A stretch of 63,983 nucleotides of DNA, filler included, from Saprolegnia diclina VS20 (Eukaryota), in assembly GCF_000281045.1 (NCBI RefSeq). It is 3 parts of one record of this genome, joined end to end, with 100 filler letters (N's around TTAATTAATTAA, not from the genome) between each part and the next. Parts side by side here need not be neighbours in the genome. Positions count along the whole stretch, not along the records: positions 41,930 to 63,983 come from NW_008246103.1; 2 more parts are not named here. One strand, given 5' to 3'. Position numbers and translations under genes: made by a program. The notes beneath the pieces are model-generated. The model was not told the origin of the DNA. It searched no databases and worked only from the letters and a program-made list of their open reading frames with translations. Every line of letters starts with the position of its first letter. The stretch's first letter is position 1. Positions 59,182-63,983 of the stretch are shown here, one piece after another.

Positions 59182-59865
59182 ATGAGCGCTACCGTTGCCA
59201 CGTACCCTGTCGTCTCGCTCGGGGCGCTGCGCAAGACCGCAGCTGCGGCGCCGCATGAGCGTATCGCGCTGGTGCTGGACATGGACGAGTGCTTGGTGCA
59301 CACCAAGATTCTCTCGGCGACGCCCGAGACATACCGCCAGGACGAAGCGCGCCCGACCTCGACCGTCGAGGACTACCCCGAGTCGTTCCAAGTGACCATG
59401 GAAGACGGCGAGCGAGTCGTTGTCAACAAGCGCCCGGGCCTCGATGCGTTCCTCCTCGAGGCCAGCCAGCACTTTGACCTGTACGTCTTTACGGCCGGCC
59501 TCGAGATCTACGGCAAGCCGATCCTCGACGCGCTCGACCCGACCAACACACTCTTCAAAGGTCGCTTCTTCCGTACGTCCTGCACGCAGAAGAGCGGCTT
59601 CTTCATGAAGGACCTGCGCTCGATCCGGTCGGACCTCTCGAAAGTCGTACTCGTCGACAACAACCCAGTGTCGTTCCTGCCGCAGCCCAGCAACGGGATT
59701 CCGGTCCCAAGCTTTTACGACGACGTGCATGACAAGACGCTCGAGTCGCTGACGAAGGTGGTCATGACGCTCCGCAACGTCACGGACGTCCGCCCGCGTC
59801 TCCACCAGCTCTTCCGCCTCGCGGACCTCCTCGCCGAGCACCGCAAGCTGCTCTGGTGCATGTGA
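59182..59865 (+). CDS. CTD small phosphatase-like (FCP1/SCP NIF-type HAD phosphatase)
   Basis: ALVLDMDECLVH, VNKRPGL, VFTAG, YGKPILD, FFMKDL, VLVDNNP, QPSNGIPV. Confidence 0.9.
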   Translation: MSATVATYPVVSLGALRKTAAAAPHERIALVLDMDECLVHTKILSATPETYRQDEARPTSTVEDYPESFQVTMEDGERVVVNKRPGLDAFLLEASQHFDLYVFTAGLEIYGKPILDALDPTNTLFKGRFFRTSCTQKSGFFMKDLRSIRSDLSKVVLVDNNPVSFLPQPSNGIPVPSFYDDVHDKTLESLTKVVMTLRNVTDVRPRLHQLFRLADLLAEHRKLLWCM

Positions 59866-60540
59866 TCCCATGGTGTGTGTATATTATTATTGTGTCGAGA
59901 TTATTTAGACGGACCGTAGCTATATCGCGTAGCGTATTTAAAAAATCAACTGTTTTAATATTCCTACTAGTCGCTCAGTACTGTATCGGCCCTTACCACG
60001 TGGCCGACGGCGGTCATTACACATGACGCCGTGCACCTCTGACGAGAAGCCAGCCTCGTCGTCGGGTATCTTTGCTCGAGCACGAAGACAAAGCTGTGCT
60101 GACCCAGCACATGTACACCGTGTCACCGAGCAAGACAGGCGGGAGGATCGCTCGGGTCCGCGGCCGCAGCACGAAGCTGGTCTCAAGCTGTTGGCCCAGG
60201 TTGCACTCGGAGGTCACGAATCTCGTGTCAAAGACGCCACAGCAAGTAGCCACGCAGTAGCCAGCCAAGAGTAGCTCCAACATTCCGAGCCGTCGAAAGT
60301 TCTAGATGTCGTCGGCTGTTGTCTGACGCCCGCCGCCGTCGGCAGGACGCATGACGTGGCGCCACCGGATGCACTTACGAGCAGCTGAAACGGCGCTGGA
60401 AATAACCTTGTGGGTTTCATCATCCTCTTGACACCCGCGTCCGTGACTGCATGGCCGCGCCGCCTTGTTGCGGGCAATCGTGGTCGGACCCCAAGGTACC
60501 TCACTTTTGCCGCTTGATCCGCGACGGCGAGGCCGACGCG

Positions 60541-62863
60541 ATGCTGCCCCGACGCCCGTCCGAGGCCTGCGAGCCCGCGCCGAGCCGCGCCAGCAAAGGT
60601 CCGTCCGAGGTTAGCGAGCCTGTGGGTAGCCGCGCCGCCAAAGGCGCGTCCGAGTCCATCCAAGTGTTTGTGCGCATTCGCCCGCTCATTGAACGCGAGG
60701 TGTCAGGCCAGACGACGCAGCACTACATTCGCGCGACAGCCGACAACGTACGTCCTACCTTCCGCCTTTTGCAGGAGCTTATGCACCTACATTGTAGACG
60801 ATCGAGGTCCAAACTGCCGATGCACACATCAAGTGCCAGTACGACGCCGTCTTTGGCCCGTCCATGAGCCAAGAAGACGTGTACGACCGGGTGAAGGAGT
60901 GCACCGACGCCTTCCTAAGCGGCTTCAACGCAACGCTCTTTGCGTATGGCCAAACGGGCAGCGGCAAGTCGTTCACCATGTTTGGCGCCGAGACAGACGA
61001 ATCGCGGTACCGGCCAGGCCTCGCAAAGTCCCAAGCCGGCGTCATTCCGCGCGCCATCAAAGACATCTTTGCGGGGTTCGTGCAGAAGCGAGGCGACCAG
61101 ATCGAGTGTACGCTCTACTGCTCATTTGTGCAAATCTACAACGAAAACGTCTACGACCTCTTGCGCGACGGCAAGATGGACAAGCCGCTCGCCGTGCACG
61201 AAGACCGCGTCAACGGGATTTACGTCGAGGGCCTCTCCGAGTACGCGGTGCGCAGCGTGCACGACTGTCTCGCGCTCCTCCAGACGGGCGAGGACCACCG
61301 CGCCGTGCGCGCCACGCACATGAACCTCGTGAGTAGTCGTAGCCACAGCGCATTCCAGATCTTCCTTGAGGCCAAGCGGCCCGACGGGACGCTCACCAAG
61401 TCTAAGTTCAACCTCGTGGACCTGGCCGGCTCGGAAAAGTGGCATGCTGACGCGTCCATGCAGGTACGCTTGTCCTTGTTCTCTACCTACCCGGCTGTGG
61501 TGACACATTTCGGTAGTACAACCATATCTCGGAAATGACCAACATCAACTTGAGTTTGCACACGTTGGGTCGGTGCATTGGCGCGCTCTCCACCAAGGTA
61601 GTTACGTGTGCCATTGTCGATTCAGTGTGCTCAGTGCATGCGAGTAGGGAAGCCACGTGCCGTACCGAGACTCGAAGCTCACGCGACTCCTGCAAGACAG
61701 TCTTGGCGGCAACACCAAGACGCGCATCATTGCGACCTTGTCGCCGTCCATCGACTGCATCGAAGAGTCGATAGCGACGCTCAAGTTTGCCGACCGCGCG
61801 AAGCAAGTAATGCATACATTATGTGTCCTTTACAAGCGCCTACTGTCTTATGCTAGGTCATGGTGTCGGTGCGCGTGAACGAGCAGCGGGTGATCGACCC
61901 GGCGTACGTCGAGAAGCTCGAGGCGGAAGTGCTCGAGCTTCGAAGCGTCATCGCCAGTCTTGAAGGCGGCAACTCGCCCAACCAAGTCGACTCGCAGCTC
62001 GTGCGTCTTCTCCAAGAAAACAACGACCTCAAAGCCCAGACGGTCAAACTCCGGCGAGAGCTCGACGCCCGAAGCGGTCCCGAGTCACTTGTCAGCACCA
62101 GCAACAACAATAGCAACAACAATGCCACCATCGAGCCGAGCGACGACAGGACCAAGCAACTTCTGGCGCAAAATCAAGTACATCTAGCATCCTCGCGTAC
62201 AGCCCAAAGACACATATTGTGGACTAGCACATGGAAGGCGTACTGAGTCGGCTAAAGGACGCGACGGACCGCTTTTTCAAGTTTGAAATCGAAGAAGACG
62301 AACTCAAAACGATTCTTGAGACGTCGTTCCGATCACTTGGCACCAAGACCACCGTCTCGACCAACGCAGGTCGGCCACCCGCCCTCACCGCGTCGACTGC
62401 CAGCACGTTTGCCCGCCTTCGCACCAAATGTAGGCGTCAAGAACTGTCAGCAAATTGACACCAACGATTGTCTGTAGCAGCCGCGACGGCAACGAAAACG
62501 GCGCCGGACGTTGCGTTTCGCGTCCGAGGCAAACCGTCGTCAAGCGAGAGCGAGACTACGTGGCAGACGGATGCGCCACCGCGTGTCTCGGAGGAGGACG
62601 AGATCAAGGCGGCCGAGAAGGCGCTCAAGAAGCAGGCCAAGATCCAAGCCTGGCTCCTTGAGAAAGAGCGCCGAGAAATGACCAAGCTCCAGCAACAGCA
62701 AGAGTACATTGACGAGCAGCGACGCGCCCAAGCGGAGAAAGACGCCAAGTTTTACAAGCGCGCCATAGAGACCAAGAAGAAACTATCGAGGTACGGCGAC
62801 GATTGCGCGCTTCCTACATTGATGCGATGGCGTACTAGTGCCACCCCCGAGGCATCGGCATAG
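60541..62863 (+). CDS. Kinesin motor protein with coiled-coil tail (multi-exon)
   Basis: [61 protein letters not shown] at ~60501 favours ATG 60541. Confidence 0.9.
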
Positions 62864-63232
62864 TTGAACGGTCAAGGCATTGTATCGGTAGTTTACACCA
62901 TAAGGTTGCTGTGCTTGTTGCTTTATCGCACATGGGCGATCGAGTGTGCGTCGTGACGGCGGGACAAAGACTCGGGAAATTGTGGCTGCGATCTCACTCA
63001 GCAGGAATGCTGAGGGAGCTCTTGTGCGATGTCACATTTGCATTTGTTTCTATAAGTCAATATTGTCCTTCAGTCCAAATACAGTAGTTCCGTGCAGTTC
63101 CATGTCGTGTACAATGGATCGCGATGAAACAGTCAGACATAACACTAATACACGTAGTACACTACTTCAAACCAGATGGTGTGGGCGATTGTCGATGTCA
63201 TTCAACAATCAAACAGCAATTTGACGAGTCGG

Positions 63233-63983
63233 ATGGCCACCTTCGTCGACGTTGTGCTGCGCCAGCCCGAGCTGTTTGCCGTCGTCACTGGCTACCAGGA
63301 TGGCGTCTGCCAAGCCGTCGCGACTCGATTCCGCGACTTCCACCACCTTGTTGACTTTGAAGCGACGCAGGGCCAGTACGAGGGCGTCTACTTGCTCGAC
63401 CCAGGGCTCTTCCGCACCTCGTACCGTGAATGGAACAACCCAGATGCGCCGCCCGATGCTCTCACCACGGAAGAGCTCTACCTCAATTTGCACAACACGC
63501 GGGACCCTCGCTTCCCGCTGCACTTGGCGATACTCGAAGGCGATCTGGCGGCGACCACAAGCATCTTGCGCTGCCGCCCCGACCTCGCGTACCAAGAGGC
63601 TATCGAAGCTGCGATTCACCACGACCATCTCGACATCGCCACGTACCTCTTGGAGCAGCGGGCGACGCGTGTGCCAGAGCTCAACCGCAACTTTGAAGAC
63701 GAGTTCCGCGGTCGGCCGTCGCGGCTTCTCGACGACTGGCTGCCTTCTTGCCACTCGACGCTCTACAAGAACGACGTGTCCATTTTGGCGCTACTCTGGG
63801 CGCACCGGCAACGCGATTGGGACAGCAACGACGTCGCACGTGCAGCGCTCGGGTTCAACGCGTTTGACGTACTTGGGTTTTTGATTGAGCACCTGCCGAC
63901 GTCGGCGCTTCATGGCCTCTTTGACGCGGTGGCTGGGCAAGGCCATTTGTCTTTGGTCGAGGCATTGCACGCTCGCGGACTCG
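63233..63983 (+). CDS. Ankyrin-repeat protein of a Saprolegniales-type family (runs off window end)
   Basis: MATFVDVVLRQPELFAVVTGYQDG N-terminus; FPLHLAILEGD, AAIHHDHLDIATYLL, VAGQGHLSLVEAL; no stop before 63983. Confidence 0.8.
   Translation, partial: MATFVDVVLRQPELFAVVTGYQDGVCQAVATRFRDFHHLVDFEATQGQYEGVYLLDPGLFRTSYREWNNPDAPPDALTTEELYLNLHNTRDPRFPLHLAILEGDLAATTSILRCRPDLAYQEAIEAAIHHDHLDIATYLLEQRATRVPELNRNFEDEFRGRPSRLLDDWLPSCHSTLYKNDVSILALLWAHRQRDWDSNDVARAALGFNAFDVLGFLIEHLPTSALHGLFDAVAGQGHLSLVEALHARGL

Noticed and set aside
62102..62123. (CAA)n microsatellite
   Set aside because: Encodes a poly-Asn linker in the kinesin; unremarkable

Overview
Gene-dense, GC-rich eukaryotic DNA with many short GT-AG introns (~45-60 nt), TCAYTYY...AWTT initiator elements and CCAAT boxes. 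This fits an oomycete, most likely Saprolegniales (Saprolegnia/Achlya-like; inferred from a secreted CHAP protein and LRR/ankyrin families). About 25 protein genes are recognisable: RABL3-like GTPase, a C2/DUF1765-like/PH protein, a GT41 (OGT-like) protein fused to a methyltransferase, MCM10, a TPR protein, MEIG1, two head-to-head SNAPC4-like Myb paralogues, SPEF2, two kinesins, an FKBP-TPR-cyclophilin, ADHFE1, a myotubularin, a CHAP amidase, a DEDDh exonuclease, an Amt transporter, a CTD phosphatase, and LRR and ankyrin proteins. The 44-53 kb region holds an RTE-like LINE remnant, a GGTGGTCAAGG minisatellite and a 5'-truncated L1/Tx1-like LINE with an exact 18-bp target-site duplication. There are three assembly gaps, two of them artificial TTAATTAATTAA linkers. 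The most notable items are: (1) a kinesin whose tail carries an IFT54/TRAF3IP1-type microtubule-binding domain inserted inside a split discoidin domain; (2) a signal-peptide-bearing OGT-like glycosyltransferase fused to a bacterial-type methyltransferase; (3) a recurring TCCGGATA promoter motif; (4) the divergent SNAPC4-like pair. All family calls come from motif recognition by eye, not from database searches.
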